DNA of 64,000 nt from Felis catus (lineage: Eukaryota). The number at the start of each line of letters is the position of its first letter. Positions within the stretch are counted from its first letter, which is position 1. The stretch spans positions 132,186,001-132,250,000 of the forward strand of contig NC_058368.1 in the NCBI RefSeq assembly GCF_018350175.1. The letters are read 5' to 3'. This document shows, piece after piece, positions 15,827-29,995 of this stretch. A program made the position numbers and the translations under genes. The notes beneath the pieces are model-generated. The model was given only the letters and a program-made list of their open reading frames with translations, was not told where the DNA came from and made no database searches.

Positions 15827-16082
15827 TTATACAGACATAATGCTGTCACTATATACCCAGATGTGTAGGTTTCTTTCCTTCTTTGCTAAAATTTCACACT
15901 TATTTTCATTGCTTGTGAAACTTGACAGAGGATCCATTGAGCAGTTTCAAAATTTAAAATGTTCACGTATTTCCAATATATATTTAACAATATATGTTAG
16001 GTCAAAAGGGATCATAGTAAAGGTACCTAAATGTTGAAAAAAATGGATGAAATGGAAGATTTTTTTAAAACTAAGAAAACAC

Positions 16083-16277
16083 GGGGGCCTGGGTGGCTCA
16101 GTTGGTTAAGCATCCAACTCTTGCTTTCGGCTCAGGTCATAATCTCAAATTTTGTGAGACTGAGTGCCACTTCAGTCTTTATGCTCACAGTGTGGAACTT
16201 GCTTAGGATTCTCTCTCTCCCTCTCTCTGCCCCTTCTCTGCTCACTCTCTCAAAATAAATAAATAAACATTAAAAGA
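16083..16277 (+). mobile_element. CAN-SINE
   Basis: TSD aaaactaagaaaa at 16067-16079 and 16278-16290. Confidence 0.94.
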
Positions 16278-18522
16278 AAAACTAAGAAAATAAAGTTTGA
16301 GGAGGCTTGACACAATAACTTCATGTAACAAATAGAAATTTCTACAACATATGTCCCTTGTTAACTGCAGCTGATACAAAACCCTGCTACTTGAAGCAGG
16401 GATATGGTACTTGTAAAACAAACAAAAACAAAAACAAAAACACCTCTGAATTTGTACCTGGTTTAAACATACCATATTCAACGAATGTGGCTTTAGCATA
16501 GAGATAAATTTTTATGAGATAAGCAAATCAAAGGTAAAGTTAATTATAGCATTAGATTTGAATAATTCTTATTACTAAATCAAAGATATTACATGGAGCA
16601 TTAAATGTGAACAAATAAAACAATACCCAATTTAATTTTGTGAATAAATGCATATAATAATGTCATCATTTTCATTTTGTCACTGAAATTTGTATTTTTA
16701 AGGTTGATGTGAAAAATGGGCATAAATAATAGTAATTTAAAAAATAAGCAGAGTAATATTATAATCCCATAGTATATTGGAAAAGTAGCAATATATATGA
16801 ATTTATTTTATTCAAAATACTGCATGAGAAAGCTACATAAAAATATGTATCTATTGATTGAAATTATGATTTAAAAACACTTTGGTTGAACCTTCATTTA
16901 AAACACTTGGCTTCATTCTAATTATGCTGATAAGATTTCTCTTTGAAATAAAGAAGACTACTTCTAGCAAAGAAAATAAGGCAGAAAGAAAAAATGACAT
17001 GCTTAGTCTTAGTGAAAGTAGAAACCAGGTTTTTGCAGGGTGAAAGTATGTGAAATAAAAGAGACAAGACAACTGAGTGGTAGAGACAATGGTAAATGAG
17101 AGAACATTTCATTAAAGGAGATCATTGTTAAAGTTGATTGTTGTATAATGCAAGAAGATGGCCCAATATTGTAAGAAATTCTATTTTTTTCATGAGAATC
17201 TGAAAACCTAGATTTTTAAAATAAAAACTTTTCTTAGTAATTCATTCAAAGTTTTCAAAAATACTGTGGAGGTTAAAACATGTTTAACCTCCTGAACTTC
17301 CAGTTGACAACCTCTGGCCTAACTCTGTGTTTATTTCCATTTTTGATGTCTACAAGCTATAGAACTTCTATATAATTGCAATGTTATTACTAGACTTAGG
17401 GTAATGATACCTTTGCTGTACTGAGCACAAAAATAACAAGTAATAAATAAAATAATTTCTTCCTGAGCTGATAATCAAGGTGTTTATTTTTGTAAGATTC
17501 TCATTAATAAAATTACTCTAAATTTTAATGAATTTTACTGCGATTTTTTTCATTACTACCCAATATAGTTCTTTTCCCATTTTTTATTATAATGCTTTGG
17601 AATTTAAGGCAGCTTTTTGTGTATCTGTCTTGAAAAAGAGAACATGAGTTCTCTCAATTTTAATGTTATTTAATTATGTAAGTTAGTATTTGATATGTAG
17701 GACATATAAATGCCAAAGATGTATTCCTTAGACCATTACACTATGTGATGATGATAATAAGAATACATTTCTTCCTTTTTTATTACTGAAGATGTGTTTA
17801 GCTTCCTAAGCTACAGTGAGTTTTCAGAAGATATACTGCATTTATTTCGAGAAGGGATTTAAGATGATTCTCCAAATGGAAGGTCACATCATTACCAGTT
17901 ACCTTCAGTGAAAGCTTATTATGAATTTAGGGTTAATTTACTAAGCTTACATTATCTAGATGCTAATTATTAAATCTGTTAATTATTTCAGGCACTTCTT
18001 TCCCTCCTACAGTAAGATGAAAGAATCCCAAGTGTATATGCACCTAATAAAAGCAATTTGAATTACATGAAGAAAAACTTACAGAAAAAGAAGCAAAGTC
18101 ATATTTTTAACAGTTGGAGATTTTTACACACTTCTCTCAGTAACTGAAAGAGGAAGTCAGAACAAATTTAAAAGATTTAAACAGCACTATCAACCAGCTT
18201 GATGTGATGGATATCTGTGGAACAGTGTATCCAACAACTGAAGAAAATAATCCTTTTCAAGTATAGATAAACATTACTAACATGAACAATAAGCTGTACT
18301 ATAAAACAAATCTCAATTAATTTTAAATATTTAAATCATACAGAGTATTCTCTGATCATAGAATTATATTATAAATTAATAACCAAAAAAATCTAGAAAA
18401 TATCAAATATTCGGAAATAAAAATAACATACTTCAAATAACTCATGGGTCAAACAAGAAATCACAATGTAAATAAGAAAAGATTCTGGACTAAAGGAAAT
18501 TTTTTTAAAAATCAGGTTTTGC

Positions 18523-18729
18523 GGGGGGCACCTGGGTGGCTCAGTCGGTTAAGCATCCGACTCCAGCTCAGGTCATGATCTCACAGCTTATGAGTTCAAG
18601 CCCTGATGACAGCTCAGAGCCTGGAGCCTGTTTCAGATTCTGTGTCTCCCTTTCTCTCTGCCCCTCCCCTGCTCACACTCTGTCTGTTTCTCTCTCTCTC
18701 AGAAATAAACATTTAAAAAAAATTTTTTT
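18523..18729 (+). mobile_element. CAN-SINE
   Basis: TSD aatcaggttttg at 18510-18521 and 18730-18741. Confidence 0.94.
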
Positions 18730-20501
18730 AATCAGGTTTTGGGAAAGCAGAAAAGCAAAATGAACCCAAAATTTAAAAATAATAAATATAAGAACAAAAA
18801 TTAATAAAAAAAGTAATAAAGTACTAAAGCCAAAAGTTGATTCTTTGAAAAGATTAAAGAAATTGATAAACCTCAAACAAGATTGAACAAAGAAAAGAGA
18901 GAAAACACATATTATCAGTATCAGAAATGAAATAGCATTTATCACTACTGAGCCCACAGATATTAAGCAGGATAGTAAGAGAATGTTATGATCAGTTTTC
19001 TATCAAGAAATGGGATATGCAAGTAACAAATTCCTTTAAGACATAAGAATTTTTAAAAATCTAAATAGCCATTTATCTACTAAAGGAGTTGAATTTGTAG
19101 TAAATTTTTTTTTTCACAAAGAAAATACCAAGCCTGAGTGGTTTTACCAGTGAAATATATTCTAAGGAAGAAATAATATCAATCCTACAAACTCTTTCAA
19201 AATAAATAGGGATTCTAGTTCTGGAAACCAGAGTAGCTCTAATACCCAAACCTGTCAAAGACATGATAGAAAAAAAATTTACAAATCAATATTCCTTATA
19301 AACATAGATGGAAACATCCTTAATAAAATATCAGAAATTATATCTGATAACATATAAAAAGATAATAAGTCAATACCACATGGGGTTTATCCTGGGATAA
19401 AACGTTGGTTTGACATAAAATCTATCAAGCAATTCATATATTAACGGAATAAAGAAAAACACATATAATCATACATGTACCAGTTGTACTAAAGGGCCAA
19501 TCCAGTGAATTAAGGCAAGAACATGAATCAAAAGGTATAAAGATTGCTATAGACAGTCACTACTTCCAGATAACATGACTATTTATGAAGAAAATCCTAA
19601 ACAATCTACAAGACAACTCTTAGAACTACGAAGGGAATTTAGAAAGGTCACAGAATAAAAAGTTAATATATAAAAATCTATTTAATGTTATATACTAGAG
19701 AAAATAATTAAAAATGTTTTAAACTTTTATTTACAATAGGTTCAAAAACAATAAGTTACTCAGGAATAGGTTTAACAAAAGAAGTGCAACACTTCTTAAC
19801 TAACACTTAAAGCTATAAAACATAATGGAGAGAAATTAAAGAAAACATAAAAATAAATGGATATATATATATACACACCATTTTGATATATTCACCGTTG
19901 AAGTCAATACTCAATGTGTCAAAATAATATTGTTAACTTATCAGTTCTCCCTCAATTGATCTATAGATTCAACATGATAGCAATCATAAGCCTAGCATGT
20001 TTTTCTATAAAAATGACTAATAATTCTAAAATTTATATAGAAATGCAAAGCATTCAGAATATCCAAAGAACTCTTGAAAAAAAGATCAAAGTTGGAGGAA
20101 CTTACACTACCTGTGTCCAAGACTATGCAGTTATAATAATTAGGTCAGTGTGGTACTAGCATAGTATTTCTGCCATTTCATTTCTTTGTGCCTTGTGCAC
20201 ATTTTGTCGTGCATTTCTATTGTTGACAAATAGATCAGAGAAACAAAATAGAGTCCATACTACAAATACACACCATACACCCAAATTATTTTTAGACTGT
20301 AGATCTAAATGTAAAGACCAAAACCACATGGCTTTTAGAAGAAAACATAAGAAAATATCTTCCTGAGTTGAGAAAGGCAAAGATTTCTAAGATAGGACAC
20401 TGAACATAATAACCATAAAAGGAAACAAAATTGAAAAATTAGCATTCATCAAAATTAAAATCTTATACTTATCCAAAACACCATTAAAAAATAATAGGAG
20501 A

Positions 20502-20716
20502 GGGGCACCTGGATGGCTCAGTCGGTTAAGCAACTGATTTGGGCTTAGGTCATGATCTCACAGTTCGTGAGTTCAGGCACCACATTGGGTTCTCTGTTGT
20601 CAGCACGGAACCCACTTCAGAATCCTCTGTCCCCCTCTCTCTCTGCCACTCTCCTGTTAGCTCTCTCTCTTTCTCACCCTCTCTCTCAAAAAAAAAAAAA
20701 AAAAAACATTAAAAAA
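20502..20716 (+). mobile_element. CAN-SINE
   Basis: Head ggggcacctggatggctcagtcggttaag, (CT)n, poly-A. Confidence 0.93.
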
Positions 20717-21618
20717 AAGTAACAGGAAGGTCCAAAGATGGGAGAAAATACTTATAAAATTCATCTGATAAATGACTACCACTCAAGAATAAAAGGATTA
20801 AAAAAACAATTAAAAAACAAGCAAAGGATCTGAACAGAAACTTTACAAAAGACTTATAAATGGTCAACAAGCACATAAAAATGTCCACAAAAAAATGTGT
20901 GTAACATAATCATCGGTCAGAAAGTGCAAATTAAAACTGCATAGAGACATTATTTTCTACCCGCCAGAAGATTGAAAATACCAAATGTTGGCAAGGATGT
21001 GGAACAAACATACCTATTGGTGGGAGTATAATATGGTACATTATTTTGGAAAAACATCTGGCAATTACTTTTAAAACTAAACTCACACCTACCCTATTGC
21101 CCAGCAATTCCACTCCTAAGTATTCACCCAAGAGAAATGAAAACATATGCTTACAAAAGACTTGTACACAAATGTTCACAGCAGCTTTTTCAGAACAGCT
21201 GAAAACTAGAAACAACTCAGGTGGCCATCAATAGCAGAAAGGAAAAACAAACTGTTTATTACAATACAATGCTGCTCAGCAATAAAAAGGAATAAACTAT
21301 TCATACATGCAATAACATGGATGGGTCTCAAAAACATTTGGCTTAAGGAAATCTTGCCCAAAAGAGTAAATATGACATGATTTCACGTATATGAAGTTCT
21401 GGAACTGACAAAACTAATCTATGGTAATAGATTCAGAAATATCAGAACTGTGGTTTGCCTCTTGGAGGAAATAGGTAGAGGCAGCTATTGACTGGGAAGG
21501 ACTATGAGGACTATGAGAATCTTGGGGGTATGGTAATGTTCTATATGTCAATAGGGTTTTATAGGTGCATGCAACTGTCAAAACTCAGGGAGAGTACAGT
21601 TAAGATTTGTTCATTTAA

Positions 21619-21832
21619 GGGGTGCCTGGGTGACTCAGCCAGTTAAATATCTGACTTCAGCTCAGGTCATGATCTCGTAGTTCATGAGTTGGGGCCCTGT
21701 GTTGGGCTGTGTGCTGACAGCTCAGAGCCTGGAGCCCACTACGGATTCTGTGTCTCCCTCTTCTCTGCCCCTCCCTTGCTCACACTCTGTGTCACTCTCT
21801 CTACCTAAAAAATAAATGTAAAAAAAAAAAAA
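21619..21832 (+). mobile_element. CAN-SINE
   Basis: TSD aagatttgt[t/g]cattt. Confidence 0.94.
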
Positions 21833-22784
21833 AAGATTTGTGCATTTCATTGTACATAATCTTCTCTCTCTCAAAAAAAAGAAAATATTGAACTGTGGTT
21901 AATGCTATACGTATTGAAGTACTTAGAGGAAAGTATATTAATGACTACAACTTACTTTGAAATTCATCTGAAAAATAAAATAGATTAATGGATAGAGAGA
22001 TGACTAGACATGTAATAAAGGAAGTATATTAAAATGTGAATGGTAGAATCTTGGTGGTGGGTATAAAGATGTCACTGTAAAATTCTTCTAATACTGCTCC
22101 ACTGGAAAATTTTCAAAGTAAGATGTTAGAATAAAAAACAAACATTGAAGTTTTTTAAAAGGGTATTCAATTCTTCCAAGAGAAAATTCTAACAAAATTT
22201 AATTTATATTTTGAGAGTACAAGAAAACTTCTTGTGTTTACTAAATAATTTGTGTTTGATACATGCCAAATTAAAGGGTAAAAATGTTTCCCAACACTAA
22301 AAAAAGAATAACAATAATCTAGGGGAAGATCCTTGGCCTTTGGCCAAGAAAGAATATAGATTTTCCTGGCCACTTTTGAGTTGGTTTATATTGTTATAAT
22401 CTGTTTTTAGGGTGATAATTCTAAATATGCAATGATTATAAATGATTATAATGTAATGTCCATATATCCCAAGGAGGTCTCAAGAACTCAAAAACATTAT
22501 TTGGATTTATATCCTTTCCAGGACTTGAATAGAATAGAATAGAATTAGGTTTCTAAAAACCCTGTTAAATAGAATTAGGTTTTAAAAAACGATTTCTGAT
22601 CATTTTTACTAACATATAAACTTTATTACAGGAAACTTTATAGTACTGTAAGCATTTTCCTGCTTTCATTTGCAAACACTAATTTTACTATTATGTGTAT
22701 GAATGTATGTGTGTGTTTGTATGTAGTTATATATTCTTTCATATTTGCAAAGCTCTCAAGCATGATGAATGCTCTGCCAGATTA

Positions 22785-22895
<111 letters not shown>

Positions 22896-24065
22896 CTAAA
22901 ATAAAATAAAATCATAAATGGTATGATTGTTGAAAATACCGAAACTAAGGGACAATGTCCCTACAATTAAAATTGCCTAATTCATCACATTAGTTCACTG
23001 CCTGATGCTATGGCTATAATTCTGGTATTTGCTTTACCGTTTTACAACCAATATTCAGACTGGAGATTCTGAATTGTAATCTTAGCCACAGAAGAAATAA
23101 CTGAAGTAATTTAAACAAAATTAAGCGTTAAGACAGTTTCCGTATAACTTTACACTCAGATACATGTCATAGTCTATTTTACAATCAATCCATCAGGTAG
23201 CTCCTTATACACACACACAAAAACTATGTGAAGAAACTAAAACACAAAATCTCTGTTGGCAACACTATTTGAGGTCCATTTGCCACAGCTACTCCCAGCT
23301 CTTTATTTTAAGGAATCAAGAGGCAGGTTTGTAAGACAACATTCAGTACTATTAATTGTGGTTTGGATCCCCACTACTATAGCTGTTTACTGTCTAGCCT
23401 TGACAAAAACCATATTTTAAGATGTGGAATGAACTGGGCAAATGCTATGCCTCAAGTCTAAACACCTTCAAATTCAAGGAATTTGGACTTATTAAGATTT
23501 ACATTTAATCTCTGAACATCACAGAAAGTAAAATACTAAATTGATTCAAAACATGTGCATATGTTGGGTAGGGAGAGGGAAGGATGTTGAGAGGGTGAAG
23601 AGAGGGTTATTTGTTTTTAAACATTTGGAATGCTTCTTCTACCTGAATTTTTTAAAAAGGAAAACCTTGCCAATGTAGTTAGGTCTAGATTCCAAATACC
23701 ACAGGGCACCCTAAATTCAATCTCTAAGTTCACAAAGAATTAAAAGTACAACATCTCACAGTGTGTGAGCAATCTGACCTAACTTGACTTATCTTTTAGA
23801 GTTCTGCAGTTGTGGCACCTAAAAAACTGTTACTGCTTTTGAAATATGGAGAAAATAACCCACTCACATATGGAAGAACAAAACAGGTCAGTAGATAAAA
23901 TTCTTAACTGTGAATAAATGATGAGTAGATTAAACTCTCAGAGGTCATTCTGAGATTTTTACTACCCTCCCTTGGATCTCTACATTTATAAGGTTTTCTG
24001 AGGTCAGTATGTTGTAAATGGTCCCTTGAAGAATGTATAAAAATTCTTGAAGAATGTATAGGCCA

Positions 24066-24284
24066 GGGGCGCCTGTATGGCTCAGTCAGTTAAGCATCCA
24101 ACTCTTCATTTTGGCTCAAGTCATGATGACACGGTTCATGGGATCAAAGCCTGCATCAGGCTCTCCACGAGCCTGCTTGAGATTCTCTCTCGCTGCCCCT
24201 CCCATGCTTGTGTGCTCTCTCTCTTTCTCTCTCTCACTCAAAATAAATGAAAAAAAATAAACATTTAAAATAAATAAATAAAAT
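24066..24284 (+). mobile_element. CAN-SINE
   Basis: Recognisable head, (CT)n and A-rich tail. Confidence 0.92.
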
Positions 24285-24536
24285 ATGACACTGCAATATC
24301 AAACCTAATGATTGTGCTTATCAATCACCCTTCTTATTTGCCTTTTAAAAAATGGCAAATAATTGTTTACTATAGGTTACCTACTGCATCACTTCCAGGG
24401 TGTTTTGTTTCATGGTGTACTTATGTTTGGATCAAAGAAAACCCATTCTATCTACTTTCAGGGAATCTGACACAAGGACTAAAGTTGTCAGTGGCTTTGC
24501 TATGCAGCAAGACTGATTTTTAAGCAAACGTCATTG

Positions 24537-24539
<3 letters not shown>

Positions 24540-24585
<46 letters not shown>
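24540..24585. repeat. (TA)n microsatellite
   Basis: About 22 perfect TA units. Confidence 0.97.
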
Positions 24586-24587
<2 letters not shown>

Positions 24588-24716
24588 GCAAATACTTTGA
24601 ACTCCAACTACAAGTTTTCATATAATACTTAAGTATTTGTAAAGCACCAACCACCTAAACATTCATTCAAGCATGGCTTTTAATCTAATTGGAGAAACCA
24701 GATACAAATGCTACCC

Positions 24717-24930
24717 GGGCATTTGAGTGGCTTAGTTAGTTAAGCAACCAACTAGATTTTGGCTCAGGTTCTGATCTCATGGTTTGTGAGTTTGAGCCCC
24801 ATGTTGGGCTCTATGCTGACAGCACAGAGTTTGCTTGGGATTCTGTCTCTCCCTCTCTCTCTGACCCTGCCTGCCTCCTTGCGGGCACTCTCTCCCTCTC
24901 TCTTAAAATAAATGAATAACCTTAAAAAAA
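24717..24930 (+). mobile_element. CAN-SINE
   Basis: Degenerate head. TSD aaat[g/t]ctacc. Confidence 0.9.
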
Positions 24931-25119
24931 AATTCTACCAGATACATAGCACTGTCTCAGGCAGTGAATATACAACAGCACGGTACAGGTGACCTATAGG
25001 TGCTGTAAATAAAAGTAAAAGATCCATGTGTCATGTGATTAATTAGGGAAATGTTTGTGGAGGAGGAAAATCTCAAGTATATTATAATTATAATAAAAGT
25101 ATTAAAAATAATTACCCTT

Positions 25120-25309
25120 TGTTAAAAAAAAATGTTATGTACTTTATTTTTTATTATTTTAGAGAGAGTGCAAATGAGCGAGGGAGAAGGGCAGAGGGAG
25201 TGACTCAGTGTGGAGCCTAATGCAGGGTTCAATCCCACGACCCTGGGATCATGACCTGAGCCAAAATCATGAGTTGGACACTCAGTCGACTGAGCCACTC
25301 AGATGCCCC
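25120..25309 (-). mobile_element. CAN-SINE
   Basis: TSD aataatta[c/t]cctt. Confidence 0.9.
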
Positions 25310-26235
25310 AATAATTATCCTTCATAATATTATAAAGTATTATAGGAATTGAGCTGGCTGAGAGAGAAAAAATTTCTAGGCGGAGGGAACTATTAAGAAT
25401 GAAACCAAGTAAAGACATGGGCACAGGAAGGAGAAGGTCATATGTTGGGAACAGTTGGAGAAAGGCCATCCTAGGTGAAAGGAACTTATGAAATCATAAG
25501 AGGAGACGACATTTCATAGAAACCACATGAAAAAGTTCTGAATTAACAAACTAAGGCATCATGAGGGCCATTCACAGAAAAACAAACAAAAGAAAACCAC
25601 CCCATTCTTGACTATGTTGTAAGGAATCTCCTAAATACAGGCAAAGTAAAAAGTCCAACAGAAGGGTTTAATAAAGCATTTGGATAATATTTCATAAACT
25701 CTCTAATTTACACTCTTTTCCTGTGATAACCACTCCTAGAGTCATGATAATAAAAATATTAACAATGACAACAGCTACTTAGCATTTACTGAGCATTTAG
25801 CAGGTACCCATTCTGTGGCACACTATTCAGAGGTCTCTAGCTGTGTTACCTATTCAAACTATCTCAACACTCTTAGGTAGTTACAATTAATAATCCCTTT
25901 TACCCAGTACACTGGGTACACAAAGGCTGCTTAATAATAGTTTCAAGGTTTAACAGAAGTAACCATCATTTCAGCTAGCAAGTTTCTTTTCTTCTCCAAA
26001 CTACTTTTTGCTCATTTATAAGAGAACTAAAAGCAAACTTTTGGAGTATGATTAACCTGGAGTGAATTCTAACTTGGTGTATTTAGCAATGTACCTGCAA
26101 TGTACTTAATTTTGCAAGTCTCATCTATAAACTGGGGATAATACTAGTATTTACCTCCTAGATGAGGATTCATACAAACGGTTTAGCTCTGTACCTGGCG
26201 TACAGATACTGTAGCACTGAATAACTATGAGCGGC

Positions 26236-26712
26236 TGTTCTGGTCTTGGCTCTGGGGGTTCTTAGATGCATTCCTCACCTTCTTCTATACTGTTCTGTAT
26301 TTCAGGGGAACAAACTCTGAAAACTCCATTTCTCAGGCTTCTGTGTCTGCTGATTTCCAACAATGGTTCAGACAATGGAAGGCACTACGGCAGAAGCCAG
26401 AATGTCTCTCTCTCTCTCCGCCTCAGGCAGCATTGTAGGCAAAAGCAGAATCTTTTTGTGACTCCAACTTCAGGTAACAGCACCACACTTACCTCCCTCA
26501 CCACCCATACCCTCCAACCCCATCCAGTTTCTGTTCCACCTTCTAATGTATAATCCCAGCCTCTGGACTCTGATAAAACTACTTCTTTCCTTGGTCTCCC
26601 TGGGAGGATGGGTGGCATCTTCCTGTCTCTTCCATCAATTCTTTTCATTAAATTCCCTCTATTTAAATATTCAGAGTGGTTATATTATTATGGTTGGATC
26701 TTTATTGATAAA
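26236..26712 (+). mobile_element. Old ERVL/MaLR-type LTR relic
   Basis: Begins tgtt and ends with attaaattccctct...gagtggtt...tgata, typical of ERVL-class LTR 3' ends. Family not determined. Confidence 0.5.
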
Positions 26713-26812
26713 ACAATAAAAAATAGCAACGATGATGCTATTGACAAGGTATCTGGGAGACTGAACAGAGATGGTTTCTATGTATTATTTTTTGCAATTT
26801 GTTGGTTAAGCG

Positions 26813-27265
26813 CAGAGATTAGCCAACTTTTTTTTTTTGGTAAAGGGCCACATACTAAATATTTTAGACTCTTGAGTGTCATTCGGTCTCTGCTGCAGCT
26901 ACTCAACTGTGCCATTATAGTGTGAAAGAAGCCATGGACAATATATAAATGAACAGTCAGGGCTGTGTTCCAATAAAATTTTATTTACGGGGCGCCTGGG
27001 TGGCTCAGTCGGTTAAGCGTCCGACTTCGGCTCAGGTCACGATCTCGCGGTCCGCAAGTTCGAGCCCCGCGTCGGGCTCTGGGCTGATGGCTCAGAGCCT
27101 GGAGCCTGCTTCCGATTCTGTGTTTCCCTCTCTCTCTGCCCCTCCCCCGTTCATGCTGTGTCTCTCTCTGTCTCAAAAATAAATAAACGTTAAAAAAAAT
27201 TTTTATTTACAAAAAGAGGGGACAGGCCAACTTTGGCCCAGAAGGTGTGATTTTTCAACCCCTTG
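26813..27265 (-). mobile_element. MER58A-like MITE interrupted by a young SINE
   Basis: gtaaagggcca...aaatattttag...gctactcaact...ggctgtgttccaataaaa-tttatttac[SINE]aaaaa... Confidence 0.8.
26989..27200 (+). mobile_element. Young CpG-rich feline SINE (SINEC_Fc-like)
   Basis: Near-consensus with CpGs intact. TSD ttttatttac at 26979-26988 and 27201-27210. Confidence 0.97.
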
Positions 27266-29995
27266 ATTTAGGTGTTAACATAATAGATACATATGTCCAG
27301 TAGCACTTTGAAGAATAACCAAACTCAGTGATTATTTTTGAGTCAATACAGAATCATATACTTTTGAGAAATGTTAGAATATAAACTATGTTGCTTAACC
27401 TGCTTAAATCTCCTCTACAATTATTCCCCAAAGTGGTCATACAATCTATATAAGCATCTAACAGAAAAATAAAAAACTTTTCAGGAGCTGCAATTACTAT
27501 CAGGTTCTTTCTTACTTTTAGCCCAAATCTGTCCTCCTATAACCTAGGGCTCTTGCTCCTTTCTTGTAGATCTGCACAGAACAATCTTACCCCTAACTGA
27601 AAGGAATCTAGACCTTGATGGCTTTCCTATGGGCACATCATAACCTTATCACTAGTCCTCTTAAAACCAGCCACCAAGAACTGGCCTTAAATGTCCTTCT
27701 TCTAATCAGCAAATACATTTATTTGCTTAATATGTGTCACACATGATGTAAGCTCTAGAGATAAAGCAATAGACAAAATAGATTAGGTCCCTGCTTTCAT
27801 GGAGCTCACTCTAGTTGGAGGTGAGAAAGAAGAAAAATAAAGCAGGGTGAAGGGACTGATAGTGAGGTAGGAGGGAAGTTGTTTTAAAATAGTATTGTCG
27901 GAGAAATTCTCTCTTACAAGGTGGCCCTTGAGCAGAGAGTTAAAGGAAACTGAGGGAGTCACCTACATACATATGAGTGAAAATAAACAGTAAATGAAAA
28001 GACCCTAAAGCAAGACTGTACTAAGGATGTTCATAGAATAGCAGCGAGGACAGAAGGGCTTAAGGAAACTGTAGTAGACTTTATTCTATGCCTTTCTGCT
28101 TCTAGACTATATCAGCTAGTGTTCTGTTTTCCTGATTTCAACGCTTCCTTCAGTGAATGATCTGGATTTGTGTTGATTAGAAATTAGCTCAGTAGGAGTT
28201 GTATATTCTTGTTCCAAAGAATCAGAGTGATCAAGGAAAAGAGTAATTTCTTAAGGAAAAATTACATACAGTAGAGTCTTTTGGTTGTTGTTTTTTTTTT
28301 TTTTTGAATAAAGTGTTTTTTTTAATAAAGCGTTTGAGTAAAGCGTTTAAGAAGTAATGCTTTTTACATTACTTAAAGGTAATAAATGCTGACACCATGC
28401 AAAAACTCTAACAGAAAACAGTGGGCATAAGCAACCAATTTTTTATGTAAAGCCTGACAGGTTTTCAGCCTCCTGTTGCTAACACTAATCAGGCATCCTC
28501 TCCTTCTAAAAAGCAACCAGCAGGACCCCACGTAAATCCAGAGGGCAAAGCTGCAGGTCTCAGCATTTTTGATCTTAGTATTTTCAAAGAAATAAAAAAA
28601 ATTAATATTAGCATCTTTATCAGCACTTTTCTTTCTACAGAGATATGTAACGTTAGAATGTGTTAGCACGTTCTACAGACTATCTTATGCTTCCAATTAT
28701 ACTGATTGTTTAAAAGCATCTTTTTTTTTTGACTAAACTTAATACTTTTTATTGGTACATAAATCTAAAAAAAAAATACTTCACTGGGCCATAAAAGTTG
28801 CTATAGAAAGAAATCTCAGCTTCCTCTCACAAACTTCATAGTGGCAGTTCTATTACTGAGGTTCTAATCCCAGTTTTGTCCCAAAGAATAGGGTGACCTT
28901 GGCAAGTCCCAGAAGCCCTTTGTGCCTTCTCTCTTTCATTTGCAAAATACACTCAAAATGCCATTTAACTTCAAGAGAAATACATCCCAAAATGTCTTGC
29001 AAATGAGAAAAATCCGCAAATACTGTGTTATATCTTATGGGTAATATAGTGTGAGAAGAAAACCCAGCATGAAAATTCTTTTACCCCTTTCCCATTCTTT
29101 TCCTCTTCCTAAAGAAGTTAAGTAGGCTGGCAGGATACAAGGATTCTTACAGCCTCAGGTAAAATTGCAACGTGAGCAAAAGTGGCATTTTATTCTTCTA
29201 TTTCTTTTCTCTATTGCCCTTCTCACCTTCTGCTGCTTTTTCCTTTCTTGCTTCCACACTAAATGCACTTTTGCTTCTTTGCTATCACACCAGACCATAC
29301 TTCAACACTCCCCAAGTTTAATTCTCTACTCCCTCTCCAGGATAGCAATACACTCTCATATGTTCTATACCCTCAATACCAATATACTCTATACCAGTAC
29401 TCTATTATTTATACCAATATACTCTTATATACTCTATATTAGTTACAGGAGAATACATGCAATTTAGATTCCAGCCCCTTGCTCTACTTAGCAAGTCGTG
29501 TATTTGACAATGGGACTGTGAAGAAAGAACACATTTCTATCTGTTCACCCAGACAGGCATCCCTTTCTAAAGCACACAGTGTCACATGGGCTGACAAAGT
29601 CCTTGCTTCTACACCCTCTCTTAAAGGTTGCAAACAAGATTCCTGATTTCCTGGTTATCAAGTACTGTATGATTATCTCACTAAAGTTAAATGTAGTGTC
29701 CAATGCACACAGTGAATCATCTCAACTAGTTTTGATTCAACCTTCTTATATTTTCTCCCACAAAGATTTCTGATTTTTTTTGTAGTTTCACCGTGTATTT
29801 ACTTTTAAGCAAAAAGAAACAAAAGCCCGATAAACCTATAATGTCCAGACAAACTAGAATCTAGTTGTCATGTTTGATACCATAATCTTCTATACAAGTT
29901 TTCAAACTTAAAGCTTTTTCTGTATAGCCTGAATTTAATTAAAATGCTATTTGAACATAGCATAACCTTTTCCCTTAAGCCTATTAAAATGTTAG

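Larger units (their letters stand above)
18020..22135 (+). mobile_element. Degenerate old L1M (ORF2 relic to 3' end) with three nested SINEs
   Basis: L1 ORF2 motifs (NIVNLSVLPQLIYRFN in ORF 19914..20159; aaaagttgattctttgaaaagatta) and L1 3'UTR-type sequence at 21000-22130. Confidence 0.87.

Noticed and set aside
22528..22590. Short tandem duplication aatagaattaggttt..aaaaac near an exon
   Set aside because: Ordinary slippage duplication with no sign of function.
26989..27070. tRNA-like A/B boxes in SINE heads
   Set aside because: CAN-SINEs are tRNA-derived, so these are not tRNA genes.
28370..28680. Non-repetitive stretch that might be a conserved enhancer
   Set aside because: Cannot be supported without alignments.
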